Source: an uncultured Planctomycetales bacterium | Lineage (GTDB): Bacteria; Omnitrophota; Gorgyraeia; Gygaellales; Profunditerraquicolaceae | Assembly: GCA_964487475.1 (NCBI GenBank) | Contig: CAZAPM010000015.1 | Coordinates: forward strand, 1 to 50,516 | Direction of reading: 5' to 3' | DNA length: 50,516 nt | Part shown: one piece after another, positions 24,801 through 36,800 of the stretch | How the letters are laid out: each line of letters begins with the position of its first letter | How positions within the stretch are numbered: position 1 is the stretch's first letter | Position numbers and translations under genes: made by a program | Notes under the pieces: model-generated | The model's database searches: none | Seen by the model: the letters and a program-made list of their open reading frames with translations, nothing else | Told to the model about the DNA's origin: nothing

Positions 24801-27800
24801 AAGGAAGAACCAGGCATGGCGGACATAGAGGTTGATCCCGGGCACGGTACCGCTCGCCGCGGCGAAATCCGCCCAGGTCTGCGCAAAAGCCTGGTCCACG
24901 GCCTGCGCATGGGGCTTGCCCTGCTCCCGCAATGCCACATACACGCCGCGATACTTCTCCATCAACCCTGCCAGGTCATCCGCGATCTCGGTACGGAAGA
25001 CACAGAACTGCGCCATGCGCTTGATCTCTTCCTTTTTCTCCGGGGTCAGCTCATGGGAACGGTGCGCGATGGCAAACAGCGCATTGCGCACCCGGACGAA
25101 CTCCGGCTCGCGCATCCAGAAACCGACCACCATAGGCAAATGCTCAAGCTTGATGAACTTCTGGTGTGCCACCCTCGTCACGATATACCGATTGCTCACC
25201 CAGACCCGGTCGTGCTCCACTTCCCGGATGATCTCCCGGAACATCTCCCGCATTTCCCGGTTCCTTATCTGCACGATCGAACGCAGCTGGGCCAGACGCT
25301 CGCGGGTCAAGGACTCGCGTATCGCATGCGCTTCGCGCTCCCTGGCCACGAGGAACTTATCCGCGCTCCTTAAGACGGTCAGCGCGCGCTCCACCAAACC
25401 TGCCTGAATGAGACGGGAAGCACTGCGCAGCTCGATAGCCGCAAGTATCTTCACTTTCAGGGGAGAGCGCTCCAGCTTACGGCAGCAGATCGCCAGGGTA
25501 CTGCACCATTGCTCCGCCTCCCCCTTCTTCAGCGAGACCTGCGGCCGGAAGGCCTCGAGCCCGGGGAGGAACACCCCTTTGCGGTGCTCCAGCTGGGCCT
25601 GTTTTTTCCGGCCTTCCTCCATGATGAAAGCCACATGCCTCCGGACTTCCGGGATAAGGTCCAACTCCTCCGTCAATTCGTAATCGATCCCGCTGTCGGT
25701 CGCCTCGAACACCTGCCAGAACAGCATGAACTTGAGCTTGGCATAGGTAGGGTACGCGTACGCGTGCCCGGCTGCCGGATATATCCGCTGCAGAAGCCGC
25801 AGGCTTTTGGCCATCGGGTTCTTGGGCAGCTGGATACGCTGTGCCTTCCTGGCACGCTTAATCCGGGTATCCACGAGCAGGACCTGCTGCTGATGTATCT
25901 CGTTAAGCACCGCCTTGATCTCACGCATCGCCGCGGAATCATCCCCGCTTACGATCCCCTCCTCCAGAGCCACCCTGTGCGCCGTTTCCTTCAGCTGCGC
26001 CAGCACCCGCGCGGCAAATGCCGGAGTGCGCACCAGCGCCGTACGGGAAGTCTCCCTTTTTGCCTGCCCCGCATGCGCGATGATCCCCTGCACTTTTTCC
26101 ACTGCCTCCTGGACCTTATGCTGGGTCCCGCTCAGCAGCGACTGCCTTGCGGCCATCAGTTTCTCTATTCTGTTCTGCAGCCTGCTGCCCCGCGCTGCCT
26201 CCTCCCGGAAAGCGGCCCGGACCGCCCTGAGCTTTCGGTCCACGGCACAGCGCTCGGCCACCGCGCAATACATATCCGCGTAGACGTCAAAAAGCGTGAT
26301 AAAAAGATCGTTATCCAGCGGCTCCTCGCAATAAAGCCTTTCCCGGTACGCATAGGTGAACTGCCCCACCGCCACGCCTGCCACCAACAATCCCGGCCCC
26401 GCAGGCAGGACACCGAAACATACGCACAAACCGATCAGCAGCGCCGCAACCATCATCAGCTTCGAAAGCGCCTCGATCGTCGGAAGGTTCCGCGGAGCGA
26501 TGGCTAACGCTTGACGGAACACGAGGATGGCATTGGCAGTATCCCCATGATTACGGTACGCCTTGCCCAGGCAATGCAGGGAAATGACACTGGCCTGATC
26601 CCGGCGCTGGGGATCTATGGTAAGGCGCAGTTCATACGCCGCGATCGCCTGTGCAGGCATGCCGGCGCGGAGGAATGCGGTGCCCACCATATGCAGTGCC
26701 TTCTGGACCCTCGGCGTGGACGGAGAATGCCGGAACGCTTCTTGCGCCTCCCGGAACGCCTTTTCCAGCAGGCCGGCGACATCCGCCGCGCGTGCGGACT
26801 TCGCCTTTTCCATGTATACATACGCCAACTGGGTCTCGGTAAGGCAATCCCCCGGGAATTGCCGCAGCGGCTTCACCTTGAGGTAAAGTTTCTCGGCGAG
26901 ATCAAAATCCCCCTCGATAGTGGCGATGCTCGCCAGGCCGGAGAGGGTCACGATACTCTCCGGATCCGCCCTTAACGCAGCCTGGAAATACGTCCTGGCT
27001 GCCCGCAGGTCATGCCTGTCCACCGCCAGATGGCCCAGTCCGTTAAGCACGGAAACATCCGTCGGGAACTGCGCGGCCAGCGCCTGGAAACATTGCAGCG
27101 ACTTACCTCTATTATCATGCTTGCGCAGCTCGGTGGCGACCTTACGCAGGTGCTTGGCGGACTGGTCCCATCCGGAAACTTCGCGCAGAGGCAATGCTTT
27201 GATCAGGCAATCCGCCGCAGACTCCAGGTCCCCCCGGGAATACCACACCCTGCCCATACCCACCAGCGCTCCGTAATGCGCAGGGCTGGCAGCCAGCACG
27301 GCCTGAAAGATCCGCGCTGCCTCGTCAAATTTCATCTGATCGCACAATCCGATCGCCCGATTCACCAGCTCGTACTGCGCTTCTTTATTCCCGAAATTGA
27401 TCTCCAGGACCTGCGTGAAATAGCGCACCGCCAGATCGGCATCCTGCCTGGCCTGCGCATCCCTGGCCATGCCCGCCAGCGCATCGCTTACGGCAAAACG
27501 GCCGTCCCGGGTATCCAGGGAGATACGCGCACGTGATGACAGAACCTTCTCGAAACACGCCCGGGCGGCAGGATACGAACCGGTTTTCTGCAGGGATTCC
27601 CCCACGCGATTGAGGCGCTCCAAAGCATCCGTATTCCCCGGATCATGCTCCAGCGCGTCGAAGAAGAGCTCCCGCGCCTCTACCAGCGCCTGAGCCCGGT
27701 ATTTCACCGCGCCCAAACCGGCGACCGCAGCGGAGCGCATCAAATGCTCCTCCGGAGCAAGCTCCTTATCGATCACGGTAGCCGCCAGGGAAAAACACGC

Positions 27801-30800
27801 TTCGGCATTGGTAAGATCACCGAGACGCAGGAACCCATGCCCCGCCTTAAGCAGGCACGCCTTGTTCCCGGTACTGTACGGCCGGGACAGATACTCCTGC
27901 TCGAAACAGGTTCGGGCGCGCAGCAGGCAGCGCAGCACCTGCGCATGGTCCTCCACCCTTCCGTCCGGAGAATGATATTTCCTGGCTTCGGCAAGCGCAT
28001 CGTTGCCTTTAGTGACCAGGGAAGTCACTTCCTGGCAAAGCGTCTCCGCATCCTCATGCGTCCATCCGGAAAGCTCCGCCAGCTCGTGCAGCACGGTCTT
28101 CTGAAAATCTTTATGCCAGGAGGGGTTGAGTACGATCCTCCCGGCGAAATGGAACCCGAACAGGCCGAACCCGAAACGTTTGAGCATCCTGAAGAACCAG
28201 CGCGGCCCGGAACGCAATCCCTGCGCTTTCATCTGCGCCACTGCCGCGGCGAACTCGGGATGCTTATCCAACAGGTCCTTTTCCTGTACTGCGGGAAGTC
28301 CCGTCTCGACGCGTACCCTCTTCATCCCCCGGGAGAACCCGAAGGTGACAAGATAGAGCAACGCGGCCGCAGCCATGAACACCGCATACCGTACTCCGGA
28401 GAGATCCTTTCCGTCCAAGGTGCGGGTATGCCCGGTCAAGCGGCAGGCAAGCGCCAGACGATAGGTAAGGGTAGGGTAAATACGCCGCTGCGCCAAGATG
28501 GGAAGCGCTTCGCGGAACTCTTTTGCCAAATGGGTGCGGATATAACGGTCGACCAGGGAATGCACCCGGAAGGACTTTCCGGGAAGGAGGTAGTGCAGTA
28601 TCTCTTCGGCGAGGGTAAGCGCACAGATGCACTCCGGCGGCCCGCGCATGAGCAGCGCCCAGGGGATGATGATCTTGCGGACCCCATCCTCGGTGCGCAT
28701 CTCTCCCAGGCGGCTGCGAAAAGTCGCCCGGCGCAGGTACAGAGGAGCGATCCCTGCGGCCTTGACCGGCGAGACCTCATCCACGATCTTCCCGGCCATT
28801 CGGACCATCGCGGACAGTTCGGCTGCCGGCCTGTCCGCGGCGCCGCAATACCCCTTAAGCACTTTCAACTGTCGCTCATCGAGCACGGGCAGCTGCCGCA
28901 ATTCCCAGGAAGCAAGGTCAAGCTCGAAACTCAAACCTCCCAGGCTCGATTCGCAGGAAGCGCGCTCACAGGATCCCCACACGTTAAAACCTTTCACCCG
29001 GAACCGGGAATGCTCGCTGCGGCCGCCGCTGCGATAAGGCTGCGGCGCAGGCATCGCCGCGCGGTATGCTCTATGCTCCTTCGCATACGCCAGAATACGG
29101 CAGAATACGGAGCGCGCCTCGGGATTGCGCGCCCTGGTCAACGTTCCGGAGAAATCCCCTACGATAATGAGCTTTTCCTGCGCCCGGGACAGAGAGACGT
29201 TGAGTCGCTCCAGCTCCTTAAGGAACCCGATCTCCCCCTGATCGTTTGAACGCACCATGGAGAGGATCACCACCTTGTTCTCATGTCCCTGGATCGCATC
29301 CACGGTATTGACCATCATATGCACCTGCTTCATCTCGTCATCGGTAAAGATCCTTCCGTTAGCCGAGACCGGGCAGGCCACATGCCGCAGGAACTCATCC
29401 ACCCGCGCGGCGTGAGGCTGCTGCAGGAACGCCCGCACCAGGCCCTGCCCTTCCGCCCCGGGACGCAGGGACTTGCGCAACGTCAGCTGCTCCTTTTCGT
29501 TGAGGCGGTACGGGACTGCGGAATTACGGATGCGCGAGATCAGCGCCTGCAGCCGCAACGCCAGCAGGATCTTCTCGTTCTGAGCCTGATAGAATGAAAG
29601 CACGGTGATATCGCAAGGCCGATACCGGTAACTGCCGTCACGGTTGCGCAGCGAAAGCACCCGGAGGAATTCCCTGACCACCCAGGCGATCTCTTCCGGA
29701 TTGAAAAAGGAATGTTCCGTACGCTGCTGCCCGCCGCGCACGTCTACCAGCACCAGGGTATCCGCCTCAGGCCGCTCCTTCACCTGCGAATTGTAATCGC
29801 GGGCCAGAAGCTTACCCTCGTAAAAAATGTTCACGATGCCGACCAACAGAGGATGCGACCTGCGGTTCACCAGCAGGGTATGCGTGTCGAGATAGATCCG
29901 GCGCGCATCCTTCATCACGAACGCGCGTTCGAAAAGCGAGACCTGAAGGTCCTTCAGCCGGGCCGCAGAGAACACCTCATCCAGATGCGCCGCCATGGAA
30001 ACGATCCCGCCGCGCTCGCGCTGCATGATCCCCGTCTCCTCCCGGACCATCCGGATCGTCTCCTCGCTAAGGCCAAAAGCCCGCAGCTGCTTATGGTCTC
30101 CTACCATGATCACTTTTTCCTTGGCCATCAGAAGCGGGACCAGCACTTCCGCCATCGTGGCCCGGCCTGCTTCCTCGATGATCACGATATCATACTCCTG
30201 GAATGCGTCGTTGTGCCGGATATGCCGGTCATTGAGGAAACCGTTGACCGTACCCAGCACTACGTACCCGTGGTTATCCTTCCGGTAGCGCTGCCTGAAC
30301 TGCTCCAGCAATCCCTTACGGTCGAGCCAGTTGTCCTTCAGCTCATCGCTGATATTATCCTCCTGGCACCCCACACGGGCAAACGCGATCCCCTCCCGCT
30401 GCAGCCGCTCACCCACGTTGTTGACCGCCGGGTTGCTCTGAGAGACCACCAGCACGCGCTTTCCCCGCGCATACCAGGAGCTGATACGGGTCACGAATTC
30501 CGCCACCTCGGAGATGACCGTGGTCTTTCCCGTACCCGGAGGCCCCTGTATGAGCGTTACCTTATTATGCGGAGCTACCGCGTGCAGCAGCGCCTCGAAC
30601 TGCCACATATCGTCGCAGATACGCTGGTCCAGCACCGCCTCTCTTACGCGAGCCACCTCCTCGGGAATGATGACCTGGGGTTTTTCCTCGTTGATGCCGA
30701 AAAGCACATTGAGGAACTCATTGCCGGTGGTCGGCAGTATCGATTCGACGGTCGCGGTAAGCCGGGTGGTCACCTGGGAAAGCGCGCGCTCCTGGCGGGC

Positions 30801-33800
30801 CAGGCAGACGTCATCGACCTTGACCAGCAGCCCTTTGACCGCGCTTTTCGCCTTGCCCTTTCGCTTCTCATCGATCAGATGCAGCAGATGCTCCTTGTTG
30901 TCTATCTTATCGTACCCGAAGACGATCTTATCCGGAAGCACCTCGAGCACCTCGAAATAATCCTCCAGCTCCGGCTCCCTCTGGAAATTGACCAGCATGA
31001 AACAATCCCCCTTCATGGCGATGACCCGGGGGTCGACCGGGACCTCGGGGGTCTCTGCGTCTTCGCGAAGATGGTGCACACGCAGATCCTTAAGTTCGAA
31101 CTCCTCGTCGAACCCGTCCCCCCGCACCGCGATCCCCCGGTAGGAATACACCGCGCCGCCGTAGATATCCTTGATCCTCTGGGTACGGTGGCGCATCGCC
31201 TCGGAAACAACGGAGACGATCCCCAGCTGCGGCCTCAGGGCTTCCAGCGCCAGATACCCCATGGCTTTGCGCCGGAACATGTTCATCTCGGAGACCATCG
31301 AGGGGTTCGCCTGCGCCACTTCCTGGGCCAGGGTGAATGCGTGCGTATACGCGCCCGCGGAGATCAGACCGCCGACTCCGCCGCTGACCGTGCTGCGCGC
31401 GGTGGAATTCTCCGGAGAGAGAACGAACCCGGAAAGGAACGCCTGGCGCGACTGCTCGAAACGCTTATGTGAAAGCGCCGTCTGCGCATCCAGGAAGAAC
31501 GCCTGACGCTTCCGGATGGTCTCCTCCGCCGCCCTGATCATCCCGGCCAGATGTTCATCCTTCGGGAACACCTTGCGCACCTTCTCGAGCCTGCGCTGCG
31601 CATCGTCGGCGTTACGGGCGAGCAATGGACGCGCCTGCCCCACGACGATTATCTTCTCTTTTACCTGGATGAGCACCTTATCCTTGGGCCACTGCGTAAC
31701 TGCCAGGACCGCTCCTGCGGCAGCATCATCGCCCTGGGCGCTCAATTCCTCCGCCCGCTTCAGTAACGCGGCCCTGGCCTTGAGGTCGGCGAGATCCGGA
31801 AGCAGCGGCGCCTCGACCAGCGCGGTCAGCGAATCGATCGCCTGCAGACATTCCGTGAATGAATACGCGGCATAGGCATTCTGTGCGGTATCCCGAAGTG
31901 CGCGGGCGCGCACGGCATTCTCCCTGGCCCTCTCCGCCCCCTGCCTGCCGTATACCATTGCCTCCTCCTGGGAAAGATACTCGTCGACCCACTCCACAAC
32001 CTCGCGGTATTTCCCCTGTTCCAGCCATCTCTGCAAAAGAGGAAGGAATACTTCCGGCACATAGCGCAGCTCATGCTCCAGCCCCGTCACTGCCGTGACG
32101 AGCAGCGCATTGATACCCGGCGCGCAGGCGGGGAATTGCGAAAGGACCCTCAGCTGCAGCAGAAGCGCAACGGAGGAATACGCCATCAGCTCGGAAAGGG
32201 CCTGCGTGGCAGCGGCACACGCCAGATCCTCCCGGTTGGGAAGAGCAGCGCGAAGCGCTCCCCACAGGTATTCCTCATACGCCGGATACTGCAGCGACCT
32301 CAGGAAGTAGGTCAGCGGCCTCCACACCGCAGGTGCCATCGAAGAAACGCGCATCCTTTCCCACAACGCATCCTGGGCAAAACGCTGCACCTGACCCGGA
32401 AGGAAACGGAAAAGCATGAGGAACTGGCTTACCGCGTTCATCACCACGGCTTCGGCCGGGTTGGCGGTCACTATTGCCTGCACCACGCTGAACGCTGCCT
32501 GCGCATCCCCCCTGGCCTGCGCGGCGACCAGCAGCGCCAGGTGTCCGGTGAACTGATAGGAGATCAGATCGCACCGGCTCAAAGCCCAACCCGCATCATC
32601 CCCCAGCACGGCCTGATGATCGCCGGAAGCCACCATCCGCAGCACCCCGGAGGCCAGATGCGCTTCCTGGTCCCGGCTCTCGGCGAGCTCCTGGGTGACC
32701 TGCTGGAACATCGGTTCCTGAAAGAGATTCTCACCCGTACGAAGCAGGAACACTGCCCAGGCGCACCCGATGATCGCCAGCTTCTGCGGCTCCCTCTCCG
32801 GCTGGGAGAAGAATATACGCAATCCTTCATGCAGATACTCCCGCGCCTGTGCATCCTCGCCCGAGAGCAGGAAATGCATCAGTACCTTGGCCATGGCATA
32901 ATCGGTCACGTACGCTTCCCGCTCTTCCCGATTTACCTCCATCTCCCGGGAGACCGTACGCAATGACACCGCAGCTTGCATCCGGATATTCCTCGGCCGC
33001 AGCACCTGCGCGCATACCAGCTCGTAGATATCCAGGAACATCACGGTCTTCGCCGACTTTTCCGCATTCGCCCGGCAATCATCGGGAGAGATCATCCGGC
33101 GATCGGCCAAGGCCTGATTCACCCGGAGCAACTCCTTGAGATATTTTCTCGCTTTTTCCAGCGCCATGCAGGTAAGTCCGGTCGAAGCGACCGTATCCAG
33201 GAGATTGAGTTGATCCACTGTCGAAACGAACGCGCCGCATCCGGCCAGCCGCTCATACGCCTCTTCCCCGGTCTTGAATTTATTGTGCAGCGCATCGAAT
33301 GCCCGCAGTGTCCCCTCGCCTGTGCGGTTACCCATATACTGCATGGTACCCTGGACCATGGCCACCAGCACGGCGCGGGTGCCGGATGATTGCACCAGTA
33401 ACTCCGCATACGGCATGGAAATATCCATCATCCGGCGCAGGTACGGCCCGTGCGCCTGGAACATCTTAAGGAAGTACGCGAAGGAAGAAAGCACGAAAGT
33501 AGCCAGCAAATGCTGCTTCAGGCGATATCCGTCGCTTCCTCCGCTGGTGAACTGATTGAGCCACTCCAGCGCGAATTTAAACAGCTCCAGCCCTTCCTCC
33601 GGACAGAAATATCCGGTATAGAACGCAAACGCCGATTCCAGGCTTTTCAAGGCAGGCTCAACCCCCTCGGAGTATTCCCGCAGCTTCGCCGGATCGCGGG
33701 GAGGCTCTTTCTTTCCCAGCGCCATCAGCAGTACTTCGGAAAGGAATTTCTTCTTCTCTTCGAGCTCGCCCATGCGTACCGGAGTCACCTGGAGGCGCTC

Positions 33801-36800
33801 GTCGAAATTGGGCCGGGATATGAAATGCTCCCGCATCATCCCGGCAATGGCAGGAATGTGCACGAACCCTTTCCAGTATTCGAATACATACTTGCGCAGC
33901 ATGAACGCCTGCTCTTCGTATGAGATCGCCTTCGACGCCCCGGTCAGACGGCCTGCGATCAGGCTCAGGCTTTCGAAAAGAGACGTATAGAGCATGGCAT
34001 ATGCCAGCGGTGCGTCTCTGGCGGTAAGCTCTGCGAAAAGCGGCCGGTTCACGTACACCACCACCCCTTCGCGCTCGTCTTCTGCCGGAACGGTCAGCGC
34101 AGAGGATTTCTCCAGCGCCGCCAGGGAAAAAGAGGTCCGGAAATACCGAGCCAGGGCCCGGCCCAGATAATTAAGGGTTGATTCCATGGCAGAGAAAGCC
34201 GTATCCATCAATGCTTGGGCCTGAGGCATCTGCAGAAGGGATTCCTCTATCCTGACCGTAAGCTCGAACTCCTCCCCGCCCGAAGGAGAAGAAAAACGCG
34301 CGGTATCCTGCGCAAAGGTCTTCTCATGAAGGAAAACGCTCGCATCGGAAGGCAGCGAGGCATCGAACAGAGGGCTGGAATGATGCAGGGAAAATACGGA
34401 TTCCTGCTGGAAATAGTAGCTGCCTAAACGGTAATTGATGGCAGAGAAACTGATCGTGGTGCGCTCAAACTCTCTCGTGGTCCCCGTACGTCCGGTCGCC
34501 CCCACCAGAAGCTCGTTGGCTATGATGAACTTCTCGAAATCCGAGCGCGGCAGTGCCAGCACCAGGTCCTGGGTCATGCACACCGCTTTTGCCTGTCCCC
34601 GGGGCCCGCGGCTATCCCCCACATTCACGAAATGCGGTTTACCCCGCGCCTGGACCAGATAGAACGGTCCGCTGCCGAAACGGGGATCCTTGTTGCGGCC
34701 GTTGAAAAGATACAGGTAACAGGGCGCGGACAAGGTGACCCCGGAAAAGAGGTCTTCGATCTTTGCCTTAAGCTGCTCCGTGGCATTCGCGGTACAGATC
34801 TCCACGCCGGCATCGCTCACATACACCACCACCGTATCGTCCCGGCCGAAATGCTGGTCGATCAGCCTCTGGGTGCCGAAATACTGCGCATACAGCATCG
34901 CGGCGTCGATCACCTCTTCTCTTTTCTGGCTCTTTATCCCTGCGAGATCGCACAACGCTCCCGTCATCAAAAGCACCAGTTCCATCGGATCATCGAATGA
35001 CGCCTCGGTGCTGTACAAGACTCCGTCCCGGATGTACATCTCGGGATTGTGTCCGGGGAGGGCGCGCGGGTCGCTGTCGCGCGCGATCTGCATGAACCGC
35101 ACCATGCTCGCCCCTAAACCCGGAGCATCCTGTTGCACAAAACGGTTCACCGCGGAAAGAGCTCCTGCGAGAAGATTGACCCTGGCGGCCCGGCTCCTTG
35201 CCAGTTCCGCCTCGGCTTGCGCCTGCGCATCATCCGCCGGATCAAGCATGCCCAACAACCCGAACCCGGCACCGAACGCCAACGCAGGCAACGCGCCGAA
35301 ATGAGCACCCAGCAGCGCCAGGCCGATGAGCCCCAGTAGCGGCGTGTGCCGCTCCAGAGCCTCACGGGCTTCCCGTGCTGCCGAAAGGATCTCCTGGTAC
35401 CATACTTCACCCTGGACTTTACGCGCATCTTCTCTTTCATACGCGCCGACCACGGCCCGATGCAGCGCCCCCTGACTGACCCTGGCCAACGCTGTCCTGT
35501 CCCCCGGACCGAAGGTAACCGCGATCGACTGCGCCTCCTTCAATGCCCGCGTCCTCACGGAAGTGAATGTCGCCGGAGAGGAGATCGCCTGCTCCAGCAC
35601 CCAGACGCACTCCCGGCTGGGCAAATGCCCGTTCCGCAGCACCGCAGAAACAAGGGAAACCACCCGCTCCTGGTCATCCTGAGGATAATTCTCCTTCTCG
35701 GAAAAGATCCTTCCCGCAGCCGCAAAGATCGCTTCGTAGAAATCAGGTACCAGTTTCCGGATCCCCTGGTCCCAGTAAATATGCTCCGTCGCGCGGATCA
35801 TGAAATCCAGCTGCCGGGAAACCTCATACCCGTCCCCTTGCCGGATGCGGCGGGCGATGAGTGCGCCTTTCCATGAGCTGTACCACGGCACGATGATCCG
35901 ATTCACAAAAGGGAACACCACGGTCAGACTCATAAACGTCCATACGACCAGTCCCTTCCACCCCGAGATACACGCGGAAGCAGGGAATGTCAGCAGCATG
36001 TACCCTTTTAACAGCATGCTCTCGTAATCGGTATATGCCAGCGCGTCCATCAGACGTTCGAAACGCGTTCGAAGGATTCGCGCGGCATCGTTATTGCATG
36101 CGCAAAGCACTACGCCTCCCGCCAGGAATATCCCCAGGGAAAGATACGCTGCCAGAGGGATCAGCTTCAGATAAGGCAACGACAGCATCGCCATCCACAC
36201 CAGCAGGAACGCCATGTTCACCACCACCAGCAGCCGCAGATCGGCTCTTCCCGACTCTTTGCCGGCAGGAGGGCCGGACTTGATCGCACGGTAGAGGCCC
36301 GCGAGCTCGTTGTAACTCCGGGATAACGTTTTGAGCTCACCGGCAAATACCCGTGCGGTGTAACGCGCCAGAGAAGGTGATTTCACCAGCTCGAGCGAAT
36401 CGACGAGCCGCTCGAATTCATCGGTAAACATCAGCTGTGAATACCGCTTTGCGGGTACTCCCCTCTCGATCCTTGCGATCCACGCCTCGTCTATCGAAAA
36501 CGCGTTGCGGGCAGGGTCGATCTCCCCTCCCAGGTCCGCCAGCCGGCACTCCTGGTCCGCGATACTGTCCCCCACCGAGACGAACACCGCATGGCTTTTC
36601 CCCGTGACGTATTCCGAAAGACGCGCATACTTTTGCTTCATCGACTGAAGGACGGCGCTCAAGGCATTGATCCGGGCATGGATATTACTCGCGTCCCGGT
36701 ACGCCCACACCACCCGCTGGAACTCATTCGCCACCTGCTGTCCGCTCTTAGCCGCCACTGCCTTTGCCGCGCTGTAATTGTACCTGTGCCCGGTGCCCGG

